Source of the DNA: an uncultured Muribaculaceae bacterium
GTDB lineage: Bacteria > Bacillota_I > Bacilli_A > RF39 > UBA660
Assembly (NCBI GenBank): GCA_964369355.1
Contig: CAYJEO010000002.1
Coordinates: forward strand, 5 to 64,004
Direction: 5' to 3'
DNA length: 64,000 nucleotides
Below, piece by piece: positions 46,080-57,213 of this stretch. Position numbers and translations under genes: made by a program. The notes beneath the pieces are model-generated. The model was not told the DNA's origin. It was given only the letters and a program-made list of their open reading frames with translations, and made no database searches. The first letter of the stretch is position 1. Each line of letters starts with the position of its first letter.

Positions 46080-49022
46080 ATGTTTTTAAAAGAAATAAAA
46101 GCACATGGTTTTAAATCATTTGCTGATAAAATTAATATAGAATTGGATAATACTATTACTGGTATAGTAGGTCCAAATGGATCTGGTAAAAGTAATGTAG
46201 TAGATGCTATACGTTGGGTATTAGGAGAACAATCTGTAAAATCATTACGTGGAGATTCTCATATGACTGACGTAATCTTTTCAGGTTCAAAATCAAGAAA
46301 AGCTTTAAATGTAGCGTCAGTTACTTTAGTGTTTGATAATAAAGATTCATATTTATCACTAGACTTTGATGAAGTATCTATTACAAGAAGACTTTATAAA
46401 GATGGAACTAATGAATACTTAATAAACCAAGAAAAAGTACGTTTAAAAGATATAACTAACTTACTATTAGATACCGGTGTTGGGAAAGAATCTTTTAATA
46501 TTATTTCACAAGGTAAAATAGATGAAATTATATCTACTAAACCTAATGAAAGAAGAGTTATTTTTGAAGAAGCAGCCGGAGTATTAAAGTATAAAAAAAG
46601 AAAAGAAGAAGCTTTAAGAAAACTTGAAAAAACACATGATAATATGAGTAGAGTAAATGATATTATTAATGAATTAGAAGTTCAAGTATTACCTTTAAAA
46701 GAACAAAAAGAAAAAGCTTTAAAATATATAGATGCTACTGATGAATTAAAAAATATTGAAATTGCTTTAATAGCAGAAGATATAACTACTTTAAATAATA
46801 AATATCAAGAAACAAAAGAAAAAATAGATACAATTAATGCAGAAATAGTAAATATTTCTACATCTTCTACAGTATCATCAACTAAAATAATTGAACTTAA
46901 AAATAAAATAAATGCACTTGAGGTAGATATAAGAAGTAATCAACAACTTTTACTTACAATCACTTCTAATGTTGAAAAAATAAATAGTCAAAAACAAATT
47001 ATTTTAGAAAGAAAAAAATATGAATTAGAAGATTATAAATTACATGATAATTTAGTTAATTTAAAAGAACAAAAATTAAAATATGAAAATTCATTAGCTA
47101 GTATAGATACTACTATTAATTTTAAAAAAGAAGAAATTAAAACTTTAGAAGATACTTTAAGTAAATTAAATACTAATGTATCTAATTTAAAAAAAGAAAA
47201 AGAAAACCAAGAAAATTTATTAACTCAAACAATAAGAGAAAAAAATACAACTTCATTAGAAATAGAAAAGTTAAACTATTCAATTGAAAATTCATCTTTT
47301 TTACCATCTTCTGTAAGAAGTGTATTAAATAATCCTAAATTAAGTGGGGTAAAAGATATTTTAGGTAATGTTTTACAAATAGATGAATTATATAGTTTAG
47401 CAATCTCAACTACATTAGGTGCTAGTGCTTCTAATATAATAGTAGAAACAGAAACAAGTGCTAAAGAAGCTTTAATGTATTTAAAACAAAATAAATTAGG
47501 TAGAGCAACATTTTATCCTTTAACTGTAATGAAAGAAAGAAATGTTGATAGTACTACTTTAAATAGTATTAAAAATATAGAAGGTTTTATAGATATAGCA
47601 TCTTCTTTAGTACATGCTGAAAAAACTTATTTAAATGTTGTATTAAATCAATTAGGAAACGTTATTGTATGTAAAGATATTGATTCTGCTAATAAAATAA
47701 GTAAAGTAGTTAATAAAAGATATAAAATCGTAACACTAGATGGACAAGTTATTAATGTAGGTGGTTCTATTACTGGTGGTTCTGAATTAAAATATAAAAA
47801 CGTTATTAATGAAAAACTAGATTTAGAAATTAATTTAAAAAAATTATCTAAATTAGATAATCAAATTTCTATAATTGAAAATAAAATAAATGAAATAGAT
47901 TACCAATATAAAATAATAGAAGATAAATTATATTTAGAAAATAAATCTATATTTAATTTAAAAGAATTTATTGATAATAAAGTAAATACATATGAAGAAA
48001 TAAATACAGAATTAAATCGCATTAATTCAGAAATTAATGGTACTAATAATATATTACAAAATAGTTTATCAAAAGAAGAAGATGAAATTATAAGTAAGTA
48101 TTATGAAGCAATTAAACAAAAAGAGTTAATTGAATCAACTTATGAAAAAATTACTTTAGATAAACAAAAATTAGTAGATGAATTAAATATAATAGAGTTT
48201 GAATCAAGACAAGAATCAACTTTATTTAATAGTAAAAATAAAGAATTAAAAGATGCAGAAATATCTTTAAATAGATATGATGTAAGATTAGATAATTTAT
48301 TAGTGCAGTTAAATGAAACTTATAATATTACATATGAATTAGCAACTACTTATAAATTAACTATGGATATTGATTCAGCTCGTAATAAAGTAAATAATTT
48401 AAAACGTTTAATTAAAGAAATGGGAGTTGTTAATTTAGCAGCACCAGAAGAATATGATCGTGTAAGTCAAAGATATGAATTTTTAATTGAACAAAAAGAT
48501 GATTTAACTAATGCTGAAAATACGTTATTAGATATAATTAATAACTTAGATTCAGTTATGGAAAAAGAATTTATGGAAACTTTTAATGTAATTAAAGAAA
48601 ATTTTACACAAACATTTAAAGAATTATTTAAAGGTGGAAATGCTTACTTAAAATTAACTGATGAATCTAATTTATTAGAAACAGGAGTTGAAATAGTAGC
48701 ATCACCTCCAGGTAAAAAATTAAGTTCAATTTCTTTATTATCAGGTGGAGAAAAAACATTTACAGCAATATCTTTATTATTTGCAATACTTAAATCTAGA
48801 CCAGTACCATTTTGTATACTAGATGAAGTAGAAGCAGCATTAGATGAAGTAAACGTTGATAGTTTCGGATCTTATTTAAAAGAGTTAAATACTAAAACAC
48901 AGTTTATATTAATTACCCATAAGAAAAAAACTATGGAATATGTTAATACGTTATATGGAATTACTATGCAAGAATCAGGAGTTTCTAAATTAGTAAGTGT
49001 AAGATTAGAAGACTTAAAATAG
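46080..49022 (+). CDS. smc: Chromosome segregation protein SMC (short, 980 aa)
   Basis: Walker A GPNGSGKSN, a hinge region (LGRATFYPL), signature LSGGEKT and Walker B ILDEVEAALD. Confidence 0.9.
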   Translation: MFLKEIKAHGFKSFADKINIELDNTITGIVGPNGSGKSNVVDAIRWVLGEQSVKSLRGDSHMTDVIFSGSKSRKALNVASVTLVFDNKDSYLSLDFDEVSITRRLYKDGTNEYLINQEKVRLKDITNLLLDTGVGKESFNIISQGKIDEIISTKPNERRVIFEEAAGVLKYKKRKEEALRKLEKTHDNMSRVNDIINELEVQVLPLKEQKEKALKYIDATDELKNIEIALIAEDITTLNNKYQETKEKIDTINAEIVNISTSSTVSSTKIIELKNKINALEVDIRSNQQLLLTITSNVEKINSQKQIILERKKYELEDYKLHDNLVNLKEQKLKYENSLASIDTTINFKKEEIKTLEDTLSKLNTNVSNLKKEKENQENLLTQTIREKNTTSLEIEKLNYSIENSSFLPSSVRSVLNNPKLSGVKDILGNVLQIDELYSLAISTTLGASASNIIVETETSAKEALMYLKQNKLGRATFYPLTVMKERNVDSTTLNSIKNIEGFIDIASSLVHAEKTYLNVVLNQLGNVIVCKDIDSANKISKVVNKRYKIVTLDGQVINVGGSITGGSELKYKNVINEKLDLEINLKKLSKLDNQISIIENKINEIDYQYKIIEDKLYLENKSIFNLKEFIDNKVNTYEEINTELNRINSEINGTNNILQNSLSKEEDEIISKYYEAIKQKELIESTYEKITLDKQKLVDELNIIEFESRQESTLFNSKNKELKDAEISLNRYDVRLDNLLVQLNETYNITYELATTYKLTMDIDSARNKVNNLKRLIKEMGVVNLAAPEEYDRVSQRYEFLIEQKDDLTNAENTLLDIINNLDSVMEKEFMETFNVIKENFTQTFKELFKGGNAYLKLTDESNLLETGVEIVASPPGKKLSSISLLSGGEKTFTAISLLFAILKSRPVPFCILDEVEAALDEVNVDSFGSYLKELNTKTQFILITHKKKTMEYVNTLYGITMQESGVSKLVSVRLEDLK

Positions 49023-49031
49023 TCTTTTTTT
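49009..49031 (+). terminator. Intrinsic terminator after smc
   Basis: aagact/agtctt 6-bp stem and a T-tract. Confidence 0.45.
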
Positions 49032-49117
49032 CTTTACGATAATTTGACAAATTTCTTAATATTATATATACAAAAAAACTAATATTTGATATAATTTTAT
49101 ATGATAGGAGGGGTGCT

Positions 49118-52100
49118 ATGAAAAAAATATTTTATTTACTTATACTTTGTATTTTTTTAATCATCCCTGCTTACTTTATAGAAGGGCAAGATGAATATAA
49201 AGTAGTAGTAATTCATTCTGATGGTACAATAGAAAATATTGCTACATATTCTAACTATGATGAAGCTTACAATACTATGATAAATTATGATTCTACTTTA
49301 ACAAGTGTTTCTTCTATTTATAGAAATGGGCAATTAGTTAATGCTGAATATGGTGTATTTAGATTTAATACATCATCAACAGTTACTTTTGATACAGATT
49401 ATGGGACTAGATATGTAAGTGGTTCTTATAATAGTGAAGCTGCTTTAATTAATTATGATCCTAATACTAACAAAGTTGAAATTAAAATATCAGGTGTAGT
49501 TGGATGGGTAAATTTATCTCAAGGTCAAGTACAACCAATTAGTTATTTATCGTCTTCTAATTCATCACTTGGATATGATTCTAATAAATCATATGTAGAG
49601 GTAGTATCAACATCTAATTTAAGATTTAGAGAAGCTCCAGGAACTAGTTCAACTCAAATAGGATGTAGTGCAGGAGTTTCATCTTGTTCTACAGGTGTAA
49701 CTATTTCTAAGGGAAACATAGTAGAATGGGTTAATAAAGGAAATGTAGTAAATGTTGGTGGATATGACTGGTATCAAGTAGTTTATAATGGAACAACTGG
49801 TTATGTAGCAAGTGATCCGTCTAGCGTATATGTACAAGAATTTATTCCTGTATTATCAACTAAATTAGATTTTGAAACATATTACTATGTATATAAAAAT
49901 GGTAATTTAATACATCAATATTATGCAACAGCATCAGCTGGATCAGATTGGTATACTAATTTAGGACCAGCACCTACTTGGTTAAGTCAAGGAGTTAATT
50001 ATTATAGTTTTGATGGTAATTATTTTTATGATGATTTTACTAAAATGATTGATGATTATAGAAACAATACTTATGATAATGCAGTAAATGAATTACCATA
50101 TTATAATTATTATCAGTATTTACCTTCAAGAACACAAACTATTTATACAGCAGAAAATATAAATGCTTATATTGGAAGTAAATATACTTCTAAAATTAAT
50201 AGAAGTGATTATTATGTTGTTCAAAATGGAGAATACGTAAGATATAATAATAACGCTTTTCCATCTAATCAATCTATGTTATATGGAGAAGGACAAACTT
50301 TTATAGATACACAAAATACATATGGTGTAAATGCTGCTCAAACATTTGCTTTAGCGATTAATGAATCAGGTTGGGGTAGAAGTACTTATGCTGTAAGAGA
50401 ATATAATATGTTTGGACATAATGCCGTAGATTCAAATCCTGATTTAGCTAATTCTTATGAATCAGTAGCTCATGGTATCGAAGTTCATGCAAGAGATTAT
50501 ATAGTAGGGTCTTATTCTAATCCTATTAATGGAACTAACTATAATGGTGGACATTATGGTAATAAATTAAGTGGTAATAATGTTAAATATGCATCTGATG
50601 CCTATTGGGGAGAAAAGATGGCAGGTCAATATTTCTTACTTGATAATTACTATGGTAAACAAGAGTTTAGATCGACTACAACAGGTATTAAACAAGGTAG
50701 TGAAGCCGTTTTAGTTAAAAGTGAGCCTAATAATTCTTCTACTACATATTACTCTTTAAAAGCAATTCCAGATATAACTGTAGCTATATTAGATACTGTT
50801 ATTGGTGAAGAAATTAATGGAAATAATATTTGGTATAAAATTCAAAGTGATGTACCAATTGATCAAAATAGAAATGTTTATACAGATATAAAAAACGCTA
50901 TTTATAATTATGAATATAGTTATGCATATGTTCATTCTTCTAGCATTTATGTAGAACAAGCAGGACCTGTAATAACTGCTAGTGATATTGAAATTAATAA
51001 AGGTGATACTTTAGTAATTAATGCAACTGCTTTTGATGCATGGAATGGTTATTCAAATGTAGCAGTTAGTCATAATGTTGATGTTAATAAAGTAGGTATT
51101 TATCCAGTAACACTTACTTCAACTGATCTAGAAGGAAATACTTCAACTAAAGTTATTAATGTAACTGTTAAAGATAACGAAGATGTAGTAGATCCTGAAA
51201 TACCTATTATAAAAACAGAAGTAGAAAATGAATATTATTTTGATTCATTAACTGAAGATTCTGGTATTAAAGTAAAAGGATTTTTAACTATGTTAACTGT
51301 TGATAATAGTTTGGCAACTGATATTACTTATACATTACAATTTATAAATAATCAAACACTAGAAGTAATTGAAAAACCACTTTCAAGATTAACTGAAAAT
51401 ATTCCATTTTTTACAAGTGAAAATACTTATAACTGGTTTGAAGGAAATGTAGATATATCAGATATTTCAGCAGGCGATTATACATTATATATTAAAGCAG
51501 AAACGGCTACACATACTACGACTTCGGCTTTATCTAATGTATTTGGTGTAAGTATGGCAACTGTTATAAATACAGATACTAAATCAGCTTTTATTAGAAA
51601 TAATTATGAAACAAGAGAAGCTCCAATTGAAGTATTTATTAGAGATGAAAATATTGGAGAAAAAACAACTTCTTCTTTATATAACTTAATTACTGAATAT
51701 TCAACTATAAATTTTGTTGATAATAATTTAGTTATTAAAGGAGCAGCTCATACAATAGGTGGAGATTATTCTTTAACTACTGATGTTACAAGAACTCTAA
51801 CTTTTGAAAATATATCTACTTTTGATAGAACTACATTTGATATAGGTTCTATTACTACAGGAGATTATGGTATTGAATTAAGAGTTCCAGATGGATTTGA
51901 TAAAACAAAAGCATGGTTTGAAACATCAATTGATGTTAGTTCTTTAGAAAAAGGAACTTATAGTATTTATATTAATACAATTTCTAATGTATCTGATATT
52001 GGAGAATTACAAGATATATTTAGAAGAAATATTGCTTCTACTTTAGAATTAGATGGTAAAACTTATCGTTTAGAAGTAGATTTAGAAAATAGATTTAGAA

Positions 52101-52120
52101 TATTATTAATAGTAGAATAA
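49118..52120 (+). CDS. Large secreted cell-wall hydrolase: SH3b plus GH73 N-acetylglucosaminidase plus Ig-like domain
   Basis: Signal peptide. SH3b-like LRFREAPGTSS...YDWYQVVYNGTTGYVAS. GH73 block AQTFALAINESGWGRS...YNMFGHNA. Ig-like/DUF5011-like PVITASDIEINKGD...VGIYPVTLTSTDLEGNTS. Confidence 0.75.
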   Translation: MKKIFYLLILCIFLIIPAYFIEGQDEYKVVVIHSDGTIENIATYSNYDEAYNTMINYDSTLTSVSSIYRNGQLVNAEYGVFRFNTSSTVTFDTDYGTRYVSGSYNSEAALINYDPNTNKVEIKISGVVGWVNLSQGQVQPISYLSSSNSSLGYDSNKSYVEVVSTSNLRFREAPGTSSTQIGCSAGVSSCSTGVTISKGNIVEWVNKGNVVNVGGYDWYQVVYNGTTGYVASDPSSVYVQEFIPVLSTKLDFETYYYVYKNGNLIHQYYATASAGSDWYTNLGPAPTWLSQGVNYYSFDGNYFYDDFTKMIDDYRNNTYDNAVNELPYYNYYQYLPSRTQTIYTAENINAYIGSKYTSKINRSDYYVVQNGEYVRYNNNAFPSNQSMLYGEGQTFIDTQNTYGVNAAQTFALAINESGWGRSTYAVREYNMFGHNAVDSNPDLANSYESVAHGIEVHARDYIVGSYSNPINGTNYNGGHYGNKLSGNNVKYASDAYWGEKMAGQYFLLDNYYGKQEFRSTTTGIKQGSEAVLVKSEPNNSSTTYYSLKAIPDITVAILDTVIGEEINGNNIWYKIQSDVPIDQNRNVYTDIKNAIYNYEYSYAYVHSSSIYVEQAGPVITASDIEINKGDTLVINATAFDAWNGYSNVAVSHNVDVNKVGIYPVTLTSTDLEGNTSTKVINVTVKDNEDVVDPEIPIIKTEVENEYYFDSLTEDSGIKVKGFLTMLTVDNSLATDITYTLQFINNQTLEVIEKPLSRLTENIPFFTSENTYNWFEGNVDISDISAGDYTLYIKAETATHTTTSALSNVFGVSMATVINTDTKSAFIRNNYETREAPIEVFIRDENIGEKTTSSLYNLITEYSTINFVDNNLVIKGAAHTIGGDYSLTTDVTRTLTFENISTFDRTTFDIGSITTGDYGIELRVPDGFDKTKAWFETSIDVSSLEKGTYSIYINTISNVSDIGELQDIFRRNIASTLELDGKTYRLEVDLENRFRILLIVE

Positions 52121-52147
52121 ACTTACCTTTAATTGGTAAGTTTTTTT
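52120..52147 (+). terminator. Intrinsic terminator
   Basis: aacttacc/ggtaagtt 8-bp stem and a T7 tract. Confidence 0.65.
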
Positions 52148-52192
52148 AAAGGAAATTAATAAGTTTTCTTTTATAATATATTAGGTGATAAT

Positions 52193-52831
52193 ATGTTAGA
52201 TTTATTTGCACAACCAAAAAATAAAAAGAAATTTGCTATTTCTAAAAAATTAATAATATGTATTATTATAAGTATTATTATTTTATTAATATTATTTATT
52301 CCAGTAGAAGAAGAGACTGATATATTAGATAATGAAATTATTGGTGAAGAAATTATTAAAGAAGAGATTATTGATAATGAAGTAGATGAAGTTGAGTATA
52401 TTAAAGTAGATATTAAAGGAGCAGTTGTTAATCCTTCTGTATATGAAATAAAAAAAGGTAGTAGAGTAATTGATTTAGTAAGTTTAGCAGGTGGTTTTAA
52501 AGAAGAAGCTAATACGGCTAATGTGAATTTAAGTAAAATATTAGTAGATGAAATGGTAGTAGTAATTTGTACTAATGAAGAAATTGCTTCATTAGATATA
52601 AAAGTAGAAGAAGTATTTGTTTGTGAGTGTGAAGAAGATACTAGTCTTATAAATATTAATACAGCTTCAATTTCAGATTTAATGACTTTAACAGGCATAG
52701 GAGAGAAAACTGCTGAAGATATAATTGAATATAGGAATAATAATACATTTTTAACAATAGAAGATATTATGGAAGTATCTGGTATTGGAGAAGCAACTTT
52801 TGAAAATATTAAAGATTTTATTACTGTTTAG
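52193..52831 (+). CDS. comEA: Competence protein ComEA (DNA receptor)
   Basis: TM anchor, SLBB-like VDIKGAVVNPSVYEI, and tandem helix-hairpin-helix motifs ININTASISDLMTLTGIGEKTAEDII...VSGIGEATFENI. Confidence 0.88.
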   Translation: MLDLFAQPKNKKKFAISKKLIICIIISIIILLILFIPVEEETDILDNEIIGEEIIKEEIIDNEVDEVEYIKVDIKGAVVNPSVYEIKKGSRVIDLVSLAGGFKEEANTANVNLSKILVDEMVVVICTNEEIASLDIKVEEVFVCECEEDTSLININTASISDLMTLTGIGEKTAEDIIEYRNNNTFLTIEDIMEVSGIGEATFENIKDFITV

Positions 52832-54794
52832 TATTATTTATATAATATTTATTTTGTATAATAATCATTATGTTTCTAAATATGATATGTCGACTACTAG
52901 TATTACAGGTGTTATTATAAATGTTAATATTGATAGTAATAAAACAACTTTAGAAGTATTAGGTAAAGAAAAAATTATAATAAGGGATTATAATAATTTT
53001 GATTATAAAATAGGTGATACATATACTTTTTTTGGTAATATTATTGAGGTAAGTGATAATACTAATTTTAATTTATTTAATTATAAAACTTATTTATTGA
53101 GTAATAAAATATATTATACTTTTACAGCTTCTGCTAGAACTTTACTTGATACTAATACAAATATATTATATTCACTTAAACAAAGTGTAATAGACAGAAT
53201 AAATAGTTATAAATGTAGTAATTATTTACATACTTTCATATTGGGTGATTCTAGTTATTTATCTGATGAAATTATTAGTTCTTATCAAAAAAATGGTATT
53301 AGTCATTTATTTGCTGTTTCTGGTATGCATATTACTTTGTTATCAACTTGTTTATTTATTATCTTTAAAAAAATTTTTAGTATTAATTTTAGTTATATTT
53401 TAGTTTCTTTGTTTTTAATCTTTTATTTATTTTTAACTAGTTTTTCTCCTTCTGTTTTAAGAGCAGTTTTATTATTTTTGTTTCTTTATTTAAACAAATT
53501 ATTTAAATTTGATTTTTCTATTTTACAAATTTTATTTTTTATTTTTATTTTATTGTTAGTTTATAATCCTTTTTATATTTATAATTTAGGTTTTCAGTTT
53601 AGTTTTTTAATTAGCTTTGCACTAGTGTATTTTTCTAAAATTATAAATAATTTTAATAATTATTACTTAAAAATACTAATAACTTCTATTATTTCTTTTT
53701 TAAGTAGTATTCCTATATTAATAACTAATTTTTTTGAAATAAATTTAGTTACACCTTTTATTAATGTAGTATTTGTTCCAATAGTTTCGTTGTTTTTATT
53801 TCCTTTATCTTTAATTACTTTTATATTTAAACCATTAGATATTATAATGTATAATTTTTTATATTATTTTGAAAATTTATCTATATTTATATCTAATAAT
53901 TTTTATTTTTTAATTACTTTAAGTAAGAATAATATATTTATAATAATTTATATTTTTTTAATATTTTTTATATTAAAGAAAATGGAAGTTTTGAAGTATA
54001 AATATATGATATTATTATTTATTTTATTTATCATTCATAGTAATTTTATAAAATTAGATGATTCGATTACTTTTATTGATGTTTCACAAGGTGATAGTAC
54101 TTTGATAATAAAAGATGGAATTACTATTTTAGTTGATACAGGAGGATTAGATAATTATTCTACTAGTAAAAATATTATTATTCCTTATTTAAAAAGTATA
54201 GGTATTAAAAAAATAGATTATTTAATATTTACACATGGTGATTATGATCACGCTGGATCTGGTTATGATTTTGTTAGTAATTTTAAAGTAGGGCGTGTTT
54301 TTTTTAATTCTTATAATGATACAGAAATCGAAAAAGAAATAATGTCTTATTTAGATAGCAAAGATATTTCATATTATAAAATATCTAATGAATTAAAGTT
54401 AAAGCATTTTACAATACTTAACTATCCTAATGAAGATGAAAATGAAGATAGTCTTATAATAGTCACAAATATAAATAATAAGAATATATTATTAATGGGA
54501 GATGCAGGATTTGAGACTGAAGATAAAATTATGTTGGAATATTTATCTTTTGAAATGGATATACTAAAATTAGGACATCATGGTTCTAAAAATAGTACAT
54601 CAAGTTTATTTTTAAATTTTGTTGATCCTAAACTTGCTATATCAAGTGCGGGTAAAAATAATAAATTTAATCATCCTTCTATTGAAGTAATAAATAGATT
54701 GGATGATATCCCGCATTATAGCACTAGTGTATATGGTATGATTATTTATAACTTTGATAAGAAAACTTTATACACTTCTTTAGACCACGCTTAA
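52785..54794 (+). CDS. comEC: DNA internalization competence protein ComEC/Rec2
   Basis: Competence domain (GISHLFAVSGMHI). C-terminal metallo-beta-lactamase domain (FIDVSQGDS, THGDYDHAG, LGHHGS). The start is uncertain; the ORF overlaps comEA by 47 nt. Confidence 0.85.
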   Translation: MEKQLLKILKILLLFSIIYIIFILYNNHYVSKYDMSTTSITGVIINVNIDSNKTTLEVLGKEKIIIRDYNNFDYKIGDTYTFFGNIIEVSDNTNFNLFNYKTYLLSNKIYYTFTASARTLLDTNTNILYSLKQSVIDRINSYKCSNYLHTFILGDSSYLSDEIISSYQKNGISHLFAVSGMHITLLSTCLFIIFKKIFSINFSYILVSLFLIFYLFLTSFSPSVLRAVLLFLFLYLNKLFKFDFSILQILFFIFILLLVYNPFYIYNLGFQFSFLISFALVYFSKIINNFNNYYLKILITSIISFLSSIPILITNFFEINLVTPFINVVFVPIVSLFLFPLSLITFIFKPLDIIMYNFLYYFENLSIFISNNFYFLITLSKNNIFIIIYIFLIFFILKKMEVLKYKYMILLFILFIIHSNFIKLDDSITFIDVSQGDSTLIIKDGITILVDTGGLDNYSTSKNIIIPYLKSIGIKKIDYLIFTHGDYDHAGSGYDFVSNFKVGRVFFNSYNDTEIEKEIMSYLDSKDISYYKISNELKLKHFTILNYPNEDENEDSLIIVTNINNKNILLMGDAGFETEDKIMLEYLSFEMDILKLGHHGSKNSTSSLFLNFVDPKLAISSAGKNNKFNHPSIEVINRLDDIPHYSTSVYGMIIYNFDKKTLYTSLDHA

Positions 54795-54812
54795 AAAAGC
54801 GTTTATATAGAT

Positions 54813-54840
54813 AAAGAAACCTATAAAAGGTTTCTTTTTT
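54813..54840. terminator. Bidirectional terminator
   Basis: aaagaaacc/ggtttcttt 9-bp stem and a T-tract. Confidence 0.65.
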
Positions 54841-55333
54841 AATAATAAAATAATGTATTGTGAAGTGGATTATAAGTTAAATATCCATTTATTAAATAAG
54901 TAATAATAATTAAAATAAAACTTATTATTTCTAAATTTTTATTTTCTTTTTTTAATATATAATAACTAATAATTTCTATTATTATAATACTTATAAGCAT
55001 TAAAAATATAGTTACAAATAAGTTATGTTCAAAATTAAAATATATAGGTAAAAACATAGTTAAATAAATAGGGATTATACTTAGAGATGTAATAAAAGTT
55101 GATAATAAAAAATTATTATAATTTATATTGTATTTTTTTAATAATATATATTTTATTATATTACCAAAAACAACTGATGAAAAAAGCATTTTCATATGTT
55201 CGAATACTGATTCATTAATTGGAAATAATATAGAAAATATAAAATTAGGAAATAATTCATATATATAATGAAATAAAAAGTTAAGTAAAAAAATTACTAT
55301 TATTGATATAATGTTTATTTTTTTTAAATTCAT
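54839..55333 (-). CDS. Integral membrane protein (NESVFEH motif; possibly DUF6512-like)
   Basis: 5-6 TM helices. ATG 55333 follows aaagga on the minus strand. The family name is from memory only. Confidence 0.55.
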   Translation of the reverse strand: MNLKKINIISIIVIFLLNFLFHYIYELFPNFIFSILFPINESVFEHMKMLFSSVVFGNIIKYILLKKYNINYNNFLLSTFITSLSIIPIYLTMFLPIYFNFEHNLFVTIFLMLISIIIIEIISYYILKKENKNLEIISFILIIITYLINGYLTYNPLHNTLFYY

Positions 55334-55482
55334 AAATATTCCTTTCTTGTATACCAAAATATATGATATAATAATCAAAAATTTAATAATTTACTAATAT
55401 TTTTAACAATTTTAAAAAAAATATGATAAAAAAAAAGGAAAACTGTTTTTTTTGTCGTATATTATATTAGGGAGTGTGGTTT

Positions 55483-57213
55483 ATGATTAGTCAAGAAGAT
55501 ATAATGAAGTTAAGAAATCAAATAGATATCGTCGATGTCGTATCTAGTTATATACCACTAACTAGTAGAGGTAAAAACCATTTTGGGGTATGTCCTTTCC
55601 ATGATGATAATAATCCTTCAATGAGTGTTTCTAAAGATAAACAAATTTATACATGTTTCTCTTGTGGAGCTACAGGTAATGTTTTTAAATTTATTCAAGA
55701 CTATGAAAATATAAGTTTTGTTGAAGCTTTAAAAATGTGTGCTGATAAGGTAGGATTTAATTTAAATTTAGGTAATATTAAAACAAAAACAGTAACACAT
55801 TATGATAAACTATATGAAATATATGACTTATCTAATAAGTTTTATCAAAATAATATATTTACTAAATCTGGTGCTTTAGCAAAAGAATATTTAAATAAAA
55901 GAGATTTATCAGATGAAGTAATAAAAGAATTTGAAATAGGTTTATCTTTAAAGGATAGAACTTTATTAACTAAGTTATTAACTAAAAAAGAATATGATGG
56001 TAAAGATTTAGATGAAACAGGACTACTTTTAAAGGGAAGTTTAGGATATACAGATATGTATATTAATAGAATAATGTTTCCTTTATATGATTTAACAGGT
56101 AAGACAGTAGGTTTTTCTGGTCGTATATATGATCAAACAGATGAATCTAAATATATAAATACTCGTGAAACTAAAATATTTAAAAAAGGTGAATTATTAT
56201 ATAATTATCATAAAGCAAAAAATGAATCTCGAATTAAAAACAAAGTAATAATAATGGAAGGTTTTATGGATGTTATTAGAGCTTATACTATAGATATAAA
56301 AAATGCAGTAGCGTCTATGGGAACAGCAATAACTTCTACTCAAGCATTATTACTTAAGAAAATGGCCAAGGAAGTAATTTTGTGTTTTGACGGAGATCAG
56401 GCAGGAGCTAAAGCTACACTTGCTTGCTTAACTGAATTAGAAAAAATAGGAGTTACTCCTAAAATAGTTCGTTTAGAAGATAATTTAGACCCAGATGAAT
56501 ATATTAAAAAGTTTGGTAAAGATAAATTTTTAGATAAAATTAATAATCCAATGACAGCAATTGATTTTAAATTATCACATCATAAATCTAAATTAGATTT
56601 AAAAGACACTAAAGAAATGGCAATGTATGTTAATACTATGTTAGATGAAATTTCTAAAATAGAAGATGATGTATTAAAAGAAATTACAATTAATAAAATA
56701 GCAACAGAAGTTAATTTAGAAGTCGATTTTATTAAAAATAGAATTGCTAATAAAAAAAGTGTTGTTAAGATAGAACAAAAACCGAGTGTAAAATATAATA
56801 AATTTGAACAAGCAGAACAAAATTTATTATTTTATATGTTAAAGGATAAAGATGTAATAAAAACATATAATAAAAAAATAACCCGTATGTCTAATAAAGA
56901 TTATCAGACATTGGGAAACCAAATTAATTTGTTTTATAAACAATATGGATATATAAATACAGCAGACTTACTTATATTTGTTGATAATGATGAAACTATA
57001 TTAAAAACAATTAATTTAATAGAAAGTTTAGATTTGCAAATAGATTATACTCAAGATGCAATTGATGATTATTTAAAAACAATAAGAGAGTACAATGTAC
57101 AAGAAGAAATAAAAAAATTACATGAAAAAATAAAAAATGCAAGTAATACACAAGATAAAATTAAATATACAAATATGATATTAGATATTAAAAAAGGAGA
57201 AAGTAATGATTAA
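55483..57213 (+). CDS. dnaG: DNA primase
   Basis: Zinc ribbon [13 protein letters not shown]...CFSCGATG and [13 protein letters not shown]...DGDQAG. Confidence 0.93.
   Translation: MISQEDIMKLRNQIDIVDVVSSYIPLTSRGKNHFGVCPFHDDNNPSMSVSKDKQIYTCFSCGATGNVFKFIQDYENISFVEALKMCADKVGFNLNLGNIKTKTVTHYDKLYEIYDLSNKFYQNNIFTKSGALAKEYLNKRDLSDEVIKEFEIGLSLKDRTLLTKLLTKKEYDGKDLDETGLLLKGSLGYTDMYINRIMFPLYDLTGKTVGFSGRIYDQTDESKYINTRETKIFKKGELLYNYHKAKNESRIKNKVIIMEGFMDVIRAYTIDIKNAVASMGTAITSTQALLLKKMAKEVILCFDGDQAGAKATLACLTELEKIGVTPKIVRLEDNLDPDEYIKKFGKDKFLDKINNPMTAIDFKLSHHKSKLDLKDTKEMAMYVNTMLDEISKIEDDVLKEITINKIATEVNLEVDFIKNRIANKKSVVKIEQKPSVKYNKFEQAEQNLLFYMLKDKDVIKTYNKKITRMSNKDYQTLGNQINLFYKQYGYINTADLLIFVDNDETILKTINLIESLDLQIDYTQDAIDDYLKTIREYNVQEEIKKLHEKIKNASNTQDKIKYTNMILDIKKGESND

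Noticed and set aside
52171-52698. 175-aa minus-strand ORF opposite comEA
   Set aside because: It lies entirely antisense to a motif-rich ComEA gene. The translation is low-complexity and Ser/Ile/Thr-rich, with no SD and no recognisable motif. This is a typical shadow ORF of an AT-rich coding region.
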